Shown: positions 7,898 to 16,544 of the stretch, in pieces | Layout: each line of letters starts with the position of its first letter | Numbering within the stretch: position 1 is the stretch's first letter | DNA from: an uncultured Anaerolineaceae bacterium | GTDB lineage: Bacteria; Chloroflexota; Anaerolineae; Anaerolineales; E44-bin32 | DNA: 64,000 nucleotides | Direction: 5' to 3' | Assembly (NCBI GenBank): GCA_964492745.1 | Contig: CAZBLT010000012.1 | Span: forward strand, 5,162-69,161 | Made by a program: the position numbers and the translations under genes | Notes under the pieces: generated by a model | Told to the model about the DNA's origin: nothing | The model's input: only the letters and a program-made list of their open reading frames with translations | Database searches by the model: none

Positions 7898-10078
7898 TTA
7901 GCGCTGGTGCCAGCCGCCGGTACTAACGGGGCCAGCTTGCGAGGTTGGTTCCCTGGCCTGGGGCGGGAGCGGCGGCTTGGGGCAGAAGAGCCAGCCGGAG
8001 CAACGCCAGCGGGGGAACAGAGAAGGAAGCCGGGCGATGCGGGGCAGCCGTAGTCCATACGGAGGGCGCTCCTGGCAAGTCGCGCCGCTCAGGAGCGGTG
8101 GCTTGGGAAGAGTCTCTACGAACAGCCGGTTAGGGGCATAGGGGGTTGGCCACAATCCGTAGTATAGGCCGCCTGAACCATCGGGCAGGCGGCCAAACGA
8201 TAGGTTATAGGCCCGCACCCGTAGATACTGGATCTGGTCCACAACCCGGCCATCGGGCGCCAGGAGCCGGACGGTGTCGCCGGTATCATTCAGGGCGATG
8301 CGGGTGCGGGAGCGGAAGAAGACGGCGTAGCTTCCCGGGCGCAGGACGCGGGGAGGGAGTTCGTAAGGGGAGGAGCCACCTGCTTCGACATCGTCCAGGG
8401 CCCAGCCGCTCAGGTCAACAGCTCTCGGGCCGATGTTATAGAGCTCGATAAACTCGTCGCCGGTCGTGACGCCGCCCTTCCCCTCCCAGTCGTAGTGGGG
8501 CCGAATTAGAACCTCGTTGATGACGACCTTTCCCGGAAACCATGTCGGCACAGGTGTGGGGAAGTGGATCGAGTTGGGGCCTCCAGGCGTCCCCGGGATA
8601 GAATTTCCGGCCGTGTCGTGGCCGCGGCCACGATATTCGTTGAAGGTGGCCCAATTGCCGCCCCGATCCTCGCCGCCGCGCCGTTCCATGCTGGCCCGGG
8701 AGACGGGGTCCCCCGCAGGCCAGCCGCCACCATCTGCATTCGCCGTGTCCACAAGGGCTCCACGGGCATCACGAAGCTCGAGGCACTCCCCGCTGTTGCG
8801 GAGCGAGCCATGATAGATGAGATCGGCAGGGAGATCGGCGATTGTATGGTCGTCCGTGCGCTCGAGGAGGAAGAAGCCCCGTGCGGGAATTGTCCCCGTG
8901 AGCAGAATGTGCAGGTCGTCCCCGTCGCTCAGCGTCCAACCCTGAAGAGGGAGGGGCTCAGGCCCGGGGTTGTGCAGCTCGATCCATTCGTCGTTGGCGG
9001 AGGCCAGCGTCCCTGCCCAGGCCACCTCGTTGATCAGAACGGAGCGCGGCCGCACGGCCGTTGGCCGGGGGCTTGGCTGTGCAGAGGGCGGAGTGGGGGT
9101 GGAGGAGGGGGTGGGGCTGGCGCTGGGGCTGGGTGTGAACGTTCCTGTTGCGGAGGGAGTCGCCGCGACAGCGGTGGTGGGGGCTGGGGTGGGGTACCAG
9201 ATGGCGTTTGGCTGGCGGGGAGTACCCAGTATCGGATTGCCGCCCGCGTCGTGTCCATTGCCGCCGGTGCCAGGGAACGTGGCCCAATTTCCCGGCCGGT
9301 CGTCCCCGCCTCGTCGTTCCATGCTGGCTCTTGAGGAGGAATAGCCGGCGGGCCAGCCGCCGCCACCGGCATTGGCCGAATCGATGCGGTTCCCGACGGG
9401 GTCCAGGAGCAGGAGCGTCTCGCCGCCATTGCTCAAGCTTCCGGTGTAGATCTGATCGGCGGCGATATCCGCCACAGTCGTGTCATCGGTTCGCTCGAGC
9501 AAGAAGAATCCATAAGGGCCAAGGACACCTCCCAACGTGACCTGCAGGCCGCCGTCCTGGGATATGAGCCTCCACCCCTCGAGATGAATGCGCTCGGGCC
9601 CGGGATTGTGCAGTTCGATCCACTCGTCGTAGGCGGAGGCCAGCGTGCCAGCCCAGGCCACTTCGCTGATCAGAACCGACCCTGGTAGGACAGCCGTGGG
9701 GCGAGGGGAAGGCGCTGCCGGAGGGGTCGGCGTGGGCGTGGGCGTCGGGGTTCGAGATGGAGTTGGGGATGTGGTTTGCGTACCGGCTATGGTGGGTGTT
9801 GCGGTGAGAGATGGGGCTTGTGTCGATGCGGGTGGGGGACTGGGTGTTTGAGTCTCTGAAGCGGCGGGATAAGAGATCTCCGTGGCTGTTCCAGTTTCTG
9901 TCCAGGATGGCGCTTGTGTGGGGGTCTGGCTATGGTGGTGAGTGGGTGAAGGTGTCGCCTGAGCTTGCAAACGCGGGGCACCGGCGTCCCACATGCCGAT
10001 GGTGGCGAGGGATAGAATGAAGAACCCGGCAAACAGCGAAGGCCGTGCCGGGGCGTGGAGAGGACGTGGTTGGGCCAT
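7898..10078 (-). CDS. Secreted or anchored protein with three lamin-tail domains (LTD) and Pro/Thr/Ser linkers
   Basis: N-terminal hydrophobic segment SLFAGFFILSLATIGMW. Three LTD-like modules: VLISEVAWAGTLASAYDEWIELHNPG, VLINEVAWAGTLASANDEWIELHNPG and VVINEVLIRP...DEFIELYNIG. They are separated by PT-rich linkers. Confidence 0.8.
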   Translation of the reverse strand: MAQPRPLHAPARPSLFAGFFILSLATIGMWDAGAPRLQAQATPSPTHHHSQTPTQAPSWTETGTATEISYPAASETQTPSPPPASTQAPSLTATPTIAGTQTTSPTPSRTPTPTPTPTPPAAPSPRPTAVLPGSVLISEVAWAGTLASAYDEWIELHNPGPERIHLEGWRLISQDGGLQVTLGGVLGPYGFFLLERTDDTTVADIAADQIYTGSLSNGGETLLLLDPVGNRIDSANAGGGGWPAGYSSSRASMERRGGDDRPGNWATFPGTGGNGHDAGGNPILGTPRQPNAIWYPTPAPTTAVAATPSATGTFTPSPSASPTPSSTPTPPSAQPSPRPTAVRPRSVLINEVAWAGTLASANDEWIELHNPGPEPLPLQGWTLSDGDDLHILLTGTIPARGFFLLERTDDHTIADLPADLIYHGSLRNSGECLELRDARGALVDTANADGGGWPAGDPVSRASMERRGGEDRGGNWATFNEYRGRGHDTAGNSIPGTPGGPNSIHFPTPVPTWFPGKVVINEVLIRPHYDWEGKGGVTTGDEFIELYNIGPRAVDLSGWALDDVEAGGSSPYELPPRVLRPGSYAVFFRSRTRIALNDTGDTVRLLAPDGRVVDQIQYLRVRAYNLSFGRLPDGSGGLYYGLWPTPYAPNRLFVETLPKPPLLSGATCQERPPYGLRLPRIARLPSLFPRWRCSGWLFCPKPPLPPQAREPTSQAGPVSTGGWHQR

Positions 10079-10169
10079 GGTCGCCCCCTATGACCCGTAG
10101 GCTGTACGTATTTAATCCTATGATGAGAGCGGAGTAGAGTCAAATCGCGGCGAGGGCATCCGTGGGGAG

Positions 10170-11639
10170 TTATTCGGCGGCACCCAGGCCCTCATCGCTG
10201 ACCCAGCCGGCAAGCCCTCCGAAATCGACCCGCCACCAATAGCTACCCTTGGCATACACGCCGTTGAGACGGTTGAGATGAAAGGCAATCATGCCCGGCG
10301 ATCCCTCCTCCACCGATGCGATGGCGGCGAACTGTGTTCCGGGGCCCAGGTAGACGTTGGTTGCTTGCTTGGTGATCACGCGCGAGCCGGGCAAGAAGCG
10401 CTCAGAGCGCTCGATGGGATGGAGGGCGACCATCATGAGCGCATTGGCGACGGCGCGAGGGTTGCCGTCGGAGGGCTGGTTCTTCACCTGCCCCTTGACC
10501 CAAAGGGTCGATGACCCCCCGCCATCCAGGTTGACGCCCCAGCTTGCCTCGAGCCGGTCCTTGCAGAAGGAGGCCAGCTGTGGCAGGGTCATGCCGCGGC
10601 TGTAGGCGTCATCGCGCCCGTCGACTACGACGAAGAAGACCCACTCGTCGTTGAAACAGACCGCCGTGCGCGGATGCCGGGTCGTCGGGCCGAGGCCGTC
10701 CCAAGATGGGATCTTGCCATCCCGCAGCAAGATGTCCCCGGCGCTGAGCGCAGCGTAGGCGCGGGGCCAGCCCTGCTCTAATGGGTGTCGGCAGGCCTCG
10801 TCGTAGGAACGGACCGAGAGGCTCAAGCCAACGATATCATCGACCTGCAAGGACTGGGCAATGGCCTGAGCTGCCTCTCCGCGCCCCGTGACAACGACGT
10901 GATCGAAGGGGATGGGGATGCCCCCTTCGGCTTGGCGAACCTGACGGACGATTCCCAGCACATACCCTTCTTCTGTCTGCAGACCGACGGGACGAGTCAC
11001 TTCGATGAGGGCTTCTATGCGGCTACTGCCTCCCGGACTGAAGGGGTCGAATTGCGGCGTGAGTAGCAGGACTTCATTCCCGCCGCGGCGGTTCAACCCA
11101 TCCAAGTGAAGGCTGGTGCCTCGCGTAAGGTTGAGCAGGCGCTGGCTTTCCTCAGGGGTCGAGAGGCAGCCGCCTAGAAAGATCTGGCGGTCGCGTGTCC
11201 ACACCAAACCGCTGGCCCCGCCGAGGGGGTCGTACTGACGCAGATACCAGCCGGACTGGATCAAGCCGCCGAACGGCCGCGCCGTCTCAGGATCGTGGAA
11301 GGAGCCGTTGATGGCCACCAGCACTTCGTTCCTGGCGTCCCAGGTGCCGTCCCATGCGCTCAGGCTGTCATCGTATCGGACGGCCATCTGGGCCACGGTT
11401 TCCGGGCCATCCAGCAGGCTGCCGCGGGCGATGGCTGTGTCGAGGGTAAGGGTGGAGTCGGCGCGGGCCATGCGGGCGACGAAGGCCCGCACTGGCCCCG
11501 GAAGTTTGAAGGCACGATAATCCACGCCCTTGGCCACCGGCTCCCAGCCACCGTCAGCCAGATCCGCGCTCAGCGAGGCGAGCGCCAGCAGGACCGACAG
11601 CAGGCATAGCAGGCCGGGCTGGTGGGGTTTACGCAACAT
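10170..11639 (-). CDS. Phosphodiester glycosidase (NAGPA/DUF2233-like) with C-terminal SH3b-like domain
   Basis: Signal peptide LLCLLSVLLALASLSA. Motifs AINGSFHD and GVNLDGGGSSTLWV are typical of the family. The C-terminal part ATNVYLGPGTQF...GSYWWRVDFGGLAGWV is SH3b-like. ATG at 11639 is preferred over TTG at 11645 (GGAGG 10 nt upstream). Confidence 0.75.
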   Translation of the reverse strand: MLRKPHQPGLLCLLSVLLALASLSADLADGGWEPVAKGVDYRAFKLPGPVRAFVARMARADSTLTLDTAIARGSLLDGPETVAQMAVRYDDSLSAWDGTWDARNEVLVAINGSFHDPETARPFGGLIQSGWYLRQYDPLGGASGLVWTRDRQIFLGGCLSTPEESQRLLNLTRGTSLHLDGLNRRGGNEVLLLTPQFDPFSPGGSSRIEALIEVTRPVGLQTEEGYVLGIVRQVRQAEGGIPIPFDHVVVTGRGEAAQAIAQSLQVDDIVGLSLSVRSYDEACRHPLEQGWPRAYAALSAGDILLRDGKIPSWDGLGPTTRHPRTAVCFNDEWVFFVVVDGRDDAYSRGMTLPQLASFCKDRLEASWGVNLDGGGSSTLWVKGQVKNQPSDGNPRAVANALMMVALHPIERSERFLPGSRVITKQATNVYLGPGTQFAAIASVEEGSPGMIAFHLNRLNGVYAKGSYWWRVDFGGLAGWVSDEGLGAAE

Positions 11640-11786
11640 GGGCAACGAGCCTCCAAGGTCTGCCTTTGATCATACTGTCAACGAGGGGCGCTGTCGACAG
11701 GACACAGAGGCCAGAGACCTGAACATGGTGCGGAAGGCGAGGTACCGTCTAGGCGTGGGAGAGAGGGAAGCCTGGTGGATCAGGCC

Positions 11787-12278
11787 TTAGGTAGATGCAG
11801 GAGGGAAAGTGCCGTTGAGCAGGGATGCTAGTGTCGAATCGTCCTCGGCGCTGGCGGCTTGCTCCCGGATATGTGGGTCCGAGATGGCGCGAGCCAGACT
11901 GGCCAGCGCGGAGATATGGGCTTGATGGTCCTTGGCCGCGAACGCAATGACAAGGGAGACGGGGTCGTTGTCTGGATTACCAAAAGGGATGGGAGGGTCC
12001 AGGCTGATGGCAGCGAAGCCTGTGCGGAGACAGCCTTGTTCGGGCCGGGCATGCGGTAAGGCGACGCCCGGGGCGATGACAATGTAGGGCCCCAATTCCT
12101 TGGCGGTTCTGATCATGGCCTCGATGTAGTGCGGATCGGCGATGCCAGCCGATACAAGCAAATTGCCCGCTGCCCGGACCGCGGCCTGCCAATCCGGGGC
12201 GTTTACCTGCGCTCGCACGCAGCGCTCCTCCACCCAAGGTGTGATCCCGCGGGGAGATTCCGGCCTGGACGATTCCAT
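11787..12278 (-). CDS. PTS EIIA component (PTS_EIIA_2, ascorbate/mannitol type)
   Basis: APGVALPHARPEQG contains the phosphorylatable His motif of EIIA type 2. Last gene of the PTS cluster. Confidence 0.85.
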   Translation of the reverse strand: MESSRPESPRGITPWVEERCVRAQVNAPDWQAAVRAAGNLLVSAGIADPHYIEAMIRTAKELGPYIVIAPGVALPHARPEQGCLRTGFAAISLDPPIPFGNPDNDPVSLVIAFAAKDHQAHISALASLARAISDPHIREQAASAEDDSTLASLLNGTFPPAST

Positions 12279-12281
12279 CGG

Positions 12282-13031
12282 CTAGAAGGCCTTTAGTCTG
12301 GATGGATACTGGGCGGCCATACGGAGGTTGTGTTCATCGCCACTCTCAACATTTGAGCTGACCCAGATGGGTGGCTCAAACCCGCGCTCAACGAGAAGCC
12401 CCGCCACTTCGGCGACGATCGACTGAAGGATGGTGGCGCCAATAATGGTGGAGAGAGGCGCTACACGGGGCAGGTCTGGTCGCAGCTCAATGGCCGCGTC
12501 GCCTATGGGAACATGGCTATCGATGACCAGGTCCGCGATCTCAAAGAGACGCTTGCCGCTGCTATGCCGGCTGGGGAGACTCTTGGATTGGGAGACGGAG
12601 GTGACGGCGATCACCGTCAAACCGCGCGCTTTGGCATACAATGCAGCGCCCACAGGGCCGGGGTTGCGCCCAGATTGAGACATAACGATGAATACCTCGC
12701 CCGGGCGCAGGTCATAGCCGTCGAGCACCGATTCGACATATCCTTCAAGGCGTTCCAGGCGAGTGCTGCGCGAGGGAGGGCCCCCAATCAGTGTGTAGCC
12801 GATGTCCAAGATAGGGTTGACTGGCGCCAGGCCTCCGGCGCGGAAGGCGAGCTCCTCGGCAAAGAGGTGCGAGTGACCGGCGCCGAAGACGTGCAGGACG
12901 CCTCCCTGTGCAATGCTATCAGCGAGTAGCTGGGCGGCCTTGGCCAGATTCCCAGCCTCATCCCGTAAGATCAAATCCTGGATCTCGTGAACGGCGGAGA
13001 ATAGCTGCTTCCCAAAGGTCAGCGTTAGCAT
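12282..13031 (-). CDS. SIS (sugar isomerase) domain protein, UPF0309-like
   Basis: GGVLHVFGAGHSHLFAEELAFRAGG and VMSQSGRNPGPV are SIS phosphosugar-binding motifs. Confidence 0.8.
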   Translation of the reverse strand: MLTLTFGKQLFSAVHEIQDLILRDEAGNLAKAAQLLADSIAQGGVLHVFGAGHSHLFAEELAFRAGGLAPVNPILDIGYTLIGGPPSRSTRLERLEGYVESVLDGYDLRPGEVFIVMSQSGRNPGPVGAALYAKARGLTVIAVTSVSQSKSLPSRHSSGKRLFEIADLVIDSHVPIGDAAIELRPDLPRVAPLSTIIGATILQSIVAEVAGLLVERGFEPPIWVSSNVESGDEHNLRMAAQYPSRLKAF

Positions 13032-13055
13032 GGCATCTTTCCAGTGGTGTGAGGA

Positions 13056-13088
13056 GGATCACCGGCCGGCATTCCCGGCCGGTGATCC
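13056..13088 (-). promoter_or_regulatory. Intra-operon 14-bp perfect stem-loop between PTS IIC and the SIS gene
   Basis: GGATCACCGGCCGG-CATTC-CCGGCCGGTGATCC, flanked by the direct repeat CCAGTGGT. No U-tract. Confidence 0.5.
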
Positions 13089-13103
13089 TGCCAGTGGTCA
13101 GGC

Positions 13104-14396
13104 CTAGAACAGGCCTGAAAACAGGCTGAAGATGGGCTTGAAGATCCAGATGATGAGGTACCAGTCGGGATCTGCAAGCTGAGCCAACTCCGGCGAGGTG
13201 GTGCTCAGCATGGGCGTGGTGATGGCTTGACCGAAGGCCAGGAACAAGCCCAGGATCGCTCCACCTAGGATGGCGCCGCGCACGCCGCCGGTGGCGTTGC
13301 CGAACACACCGCAGGTGCCTCCGGGGAAGAAGAGCATGATCATCGGCGGAACGATGACCGCCCAGCCGATGGCCCCGAAGATCACCATGCAGATGATGAA
13401 GACGACGAACGCCGAGAGGAAGCCCACCAACACTGCGGTGGGAGCGAAGTCGAAGACGATAGGGCAGTCCAGGGCCGGAACCGCACCGGGAACGATCCGC
13501 ATGGCGATGCCGCGGAAGGCGGGGATGATCTCGCCCAATACCATGCGCACGCCCTGGAGCAGCACGGCGATTCCGACGGCGAAGGTCAGGCCCTGCAAGG
13601 CTGCGAAGACGAGATAGTTCAGGCTGCCCGAGTCAACGGCGCCTGGACCTGCGAACAGAGCGGCGATGACCACAACGATGCCAATGACCACAGCGGTTGC
13701 GACGGTGACATCACGGAAGAAGCTCAGCCAGGCCGGCAGCTTGAGGTCCTCGGTGCTGTCCTCGGACTTGCCGACGTAGCGCCCGATAAGACCCGAGAGC
13801 CATGCAGTGGAAGCCGAGGTGTGGCCGAGTGCAAGCTCGTTGCCGCCGGTGATCTTGCGCATGAAGCCCTGGGTGAGCGCCGGCTGCAGGGACCAGTAGA
13901 TGGCGATGATGATAGAGCCGGCCACGACCATCTGGGTCGTGCTGGCCGCCGGGTTGACTTCCAGCTGGACAGCGACCAGCACCAGCGCGATCCAGAACAT
14001 CAGGTGGCCGGTGAGGTAGATGTACTTAAGGCGCGTGAAGCGAGCGATGATCACGTGCAGCAGGAAGCCAAACGTCATGATCAAAGCGGCTGTTCCACCA
14101 TGGTTGGACATCAACTCGCCGAGGCCTGCGCCGCCGAAGGCCGCCAGGAGGCTTTGTTCCATGCCAAAAGCGCTTTGAAGAATGGGGGTGAATTGAAGAA
14201 GCGCATCGACGACGATGTCGGCGCCTTTCGCCATGATGAGGAATCCAACCGCGGTTTTCAGCGATCCAGTGACGACATCGCTGAAGGATTTGCGTTGAGC
14301 CACCAATCCTACTAGCGCGATTAGACCTACCAACAACGCGGGCTGGCTGAAGATGTTATCGGCCAACCATTTCGTAATTGCCAGCAAGGTCTCCAT
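13104..14396 (-). CDS. PTS EIIC component, ascorbate (UlaA/SgaT) family
   Basis: Start at METLLAITKWLADNIFSQPALLVGLIALVGL (ATG 14394-14396, AGAGAGAGG upstream). Polytopic membrane protein typical of SgaT/UlaA. Confidence 0.9.
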   Translation of the reverse strand: METLLAITKWLADNIFSQPALLVGLIALVGLVAQRKSFSDVVTGSLKTAVGFLIMAKGADIVVDALLQFTPILQSAFGMEQSLLAAFGGAGLGELMSNHGGTAALIMTFGFLLHVIIARFTRLKYIYLTGHLMFWIALVLVAVQLEVNPAASTTQMVVAGSIIIAIYWSLQPALTQGFMRKITGGNELALGHTSASTAWLSGLIGRYVGKSEDSTEDLKLPAWLSFFRDVTVATAVVIGIVVVIAALFAGPGAVDSGSLNYLVFAALQGLTFAVGIAVLLQGVRMVLGEIIPAFRGIAMRIVPGAVPALDCPIVFDFAPTAVLVGFLSAFVVFIICMVIFGAIGWAVIVPPMIMLFFPGGTCGVFGNATGGVRGAILGGAILGLFLAFGQAITTPMLSTTSPELAQLADPDWYLIIWIFKPIFSLFSGLF

Positions 14397-14538
14397 GTTG
14401 CCTCTCTCTTTTGGGTGATTTATGCCGTTGGGGCCCGAAGGGCCCGCTTGTACTAGATCTTGCTGCTTCGCCCTGAGGTTCGTTCTCTCTCGATTGGCCC
14501 TCCTTTCTGAGCGCGCGTGCAGGCCGGATAAGCGGGCA

Positions 14539-14814
14539 TCACCGCTGGGCAAGAAACTCTTCTAGGACCCGGCGTATCTCCGCTTTATCCAGGAAGCTCT
14601 TGATTGCCCGCACTTCCGCCTGACCGCCCGAGCATGTTTCTACAAGGGCTGGTGAGGTGAGGATGAGATCGGCGCGCGCGCCCCTTGCCTGGGAGGCGTC
14701 GATTGCCTCCACTTTGGCCTCCACACCCATCTCTTTCAACACGTCCTCGGTGTGCATCCTAAGGAGCAGGCTTGAGCCCATGCCCACCCCACAGGCGGTC
14801 AGTATTTTCAGCAT
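14539..14814 (-). CDS. PTS EIIB component (PTS_IIB, lactose/cellobiose/ascorbate type)
   Basis: MLKILTACGVGMGSSLLLRM carries the active-site Cys motif. GGAGAGG lies 6 nt upstream of the ATG at 14814. Confidence 0.85.
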   Translation of the reverse strand: MLKILTACGVGMGSSLLLRMHTEDVLKEMGVEAKVEAIDASQARGARADLILTSPALVETCSGGQAEVRAIKSFLDKAEIRRVLEEFLAQR

Positions 14815-14827
14815 ATTGGACCTCTCC

Positions 14828-14839
14828 TGGTCTCGTCCA
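14828..14839. promoter_or_regulatory. Second, weaker dre-like site between gntR and the PTS IIB gene
   Basis: TGGTCTCGTCCA matches the TGGTCTAGACCA core at 10 of 12 positions. It overlaps the first base of the IIB RBS. Confidence 0.45.
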
Positions 14840-14851
14840 TAGAGCGGCAAT

Positions 14852-15580
14852 CTACTCCGCGCTCAGGCGCACACGCAGATTATAGAGATCGCCGCGGTAT
14901 ACGGATTCCACATATTCGGCGATGAGATTCCGGTCCGTCCATGTACGGCGTTTCATGCGAAGCACCGCAGCGGGATGTTTGATCTTGAAAAGGCGGCGCT
15001 CTCTTTCGTCAGCGAGCGTGGCCACAATCGTCTGCTGCGCGTTGATCAATCGGAGCCCGTACTTACTACGCAGGACCTCATAGAGCGATTCATGGGAGAA
15101 ATCATGTGCTTCCAAGCCCGGGCAAAGGCTCTGGGGGATGTGAGCTGTCTCTAGGGCCATAGGGATGCCATTGGCAAAACGAACGCGCTTCAGCCGGTAG
15201 AGAGCGGCTCCAGGAGAGACGCCGAGTTCCTCGTCCAGGTGATTGGCAGCTGGGATGATGATGAATTCCAGCACCTGGCTTGAGACATCCTGTCTGAGGC
15301 GCTGCATTTCCTCGGTGAAGCCAGTAAGAACGTGGTTCTGCTCAAAGTGGACGTTACTGACAAATGTGCCCTTGCCCACTCGGGTGTATAGAATCCCCTC
15401 CTGGACCAAGTCCTGCAGGGTGCGCCGGACGGTCATGCGGCTGATGCCAAATTGTTGGACCAACTCGCGTTCAGAGGGGAGGCGCTCGTGCGGTGACAGC
15501 TCGCCTGTATTAATGCGCTTGAGAAGAATATTCCGCAATTGGAGGTATAGAGGAACCGAGCTTCGGGCATTAAGGCGCAT
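14852..15580 (-). CDS. GntR-family transcriptional regulator, HutC subfamily (wHTH + UTRA)
   Basis: The N-terminus PLYLQLRNILLKRINTGELSPHERLPSERELVQQFGISRMTVRRTLQDL is the GntR wHTH. The C-terminal ~150 aa match UTRA length and pattern. Confidence 0.9.
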   Translation of the reverse strand: MRLNARSSVPLYLQLRNILLKRINTGELSPHERLPSERELVQQFGISRMTVRRTLQDLVQEGILYTRVGKGTFVSNVHFEQNHVLTGFTEEMQRLRQDVSSQVLEFIIIPAANHLDEELGVSPGAALYRLKRVRFANGIPMALETAHIPQSLCPGLEAHDFSHESLYEVLRSKYGLRLINAQQTIVATLADERERRLFKIKHPAAVLRMKRRTWTDRNLIAEYVESVYRGDLYNLRVRLSAE

Positions 15581-15603
15581 GCGGGCTCACCTTAAGTAAA
15601 TAC

Positions 15604-15615
15604 TGGTCTATACCA
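15604..15615. promoter_or_regulatory. dre-like HutC/GntR operator abutting the gntR -10
   Basis: ACTGGTCTATACCATT matches the DasR/NagR-type consensus ACTGGTCTAGACCACT at 14 of 16 positions. On the minus strand TATAAT (15620-15615) directly abuts it. It lies 24 nt upstream of the gntR ATG. Confidence 0.6.
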
Positions 15616-15742
15616 TTATAGGCCAATTTGCCGTGAGCGCAACTGCCGGTTCGGGGCCTTTGCACAGGGCTGCCAGATCCCGGGCGGCAGCCCCGGGTAT
15701 AATCACCGCCGTGGGCGGTGCGCCGACGGGTCAGGATATCCA

Positions 15743-16531
15743 GTGAAAGCACCCGTTGTCCTCATCGGCATAGGCCAACTGGGGGGCGTCTTTGCGCGCG
15801 GCTTCCTGCGCCTGGGCCACCCTGTGGTTCCCATCACTCGGGGGGTCGAGATGGGCGAGGTGGAGCAAGAACTGCCAGAGCCAATCCTGGCGCTGGTCGC
15901 CGTGGGGGAGGACGACCTGCACCCCGTGCTCGAGAACATGCCACCCTCCTGGAAGCGGTGTGTGGGACTCCTCCAGAATGAATTGCTTCCGCGCGACTGG
16001 GAGACCCACGCAATCTCCGATCCCACCGTGGCCGTGGTCTGGTTCGAGAAGAAGCACCGTCAGCCCGTGAAAGCCCCAATCCCCTCGCCCGTGTACGGCC
16101 CGCAGGCGGAGCTCATCGTGCGGGCCCTCGACACGCTGGAAATCCCCGCCCGCCTCCTCACCAGCGCGGAGGCACTCCACTACGAGTTGGCGTTGAAGTA
16201 CGCTTACATCCTGACCATGAACCTCGCCGGCCTGCTTGGGGGCGAGAGAATCGCCGATTTGCTAGATCGTCACGCGGACACCACGGAAGCAATCGCCAAC
16301 GAAGTGGTTGAGCTTGTGGAACGACTCGCAAGGGAGACGCTGCCGCGCGAGGACCTGCTGCATGAGGTCTTCGCCCACCTTGAAAAGGCCAGAGCCCACA
16401 AGGCCGGGGGACGCAGCGCACCGCAACGGCTACGACGGGCGCTGGCCCGTGCCGATCGGCTGAGATTGGAAGTGCCGCACCTGCGAAGACTCCAGGCCCA
16501 CCTGGGCGATCTGGGCGGCGTCACACAGTAG
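15743..16531 (+). CDS. Putative NAD(P)-binding protein, ketopantoate-reductase (ApbA/PanE)-like
   Basis: GTG start with AGGA upstream. The N-terminal VVLIGIGQLGGVFARGF is a Rossmann-type G.G..G loop. Family assignment is tentative. Confidence 0.45.
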   Translation: MKAPVVLIGIGQLGGVFARGFLRLGHPVVPITRGVEMGEVEQELPEPILALVAVGEDDLHPVLENMPPSWKRCVGLLQNELLPRDWETHAISDPTVAVVWFEKKHRQPVKAPIPSPVYGPQAELIVRALDTLEIPARLLTSAEALHYELALKYAYILTMNLAGLLGGERIADLLDRHADTTEAIANEVVELVERLARETLPREDLLHEVFAHLEKARAHKAGGRSAPQRLRRALARADRLRLEVPHLRRLQAHLGDLGGVTQ

Positions 16532-16544
16532 GGGCAAGTGCAAG

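Noticed and set aside
9050-9990. Reiterated GGGGTGGG/GGCGTGGG-type units here and at 62396-62543 that could superficially resemble a repeat array or CRISPR.
   Set aside because: The units are short, irregular and in frame within CDSs, and they encode Pro/Thr linkers. There are no constant-length spacers and no cas genes.
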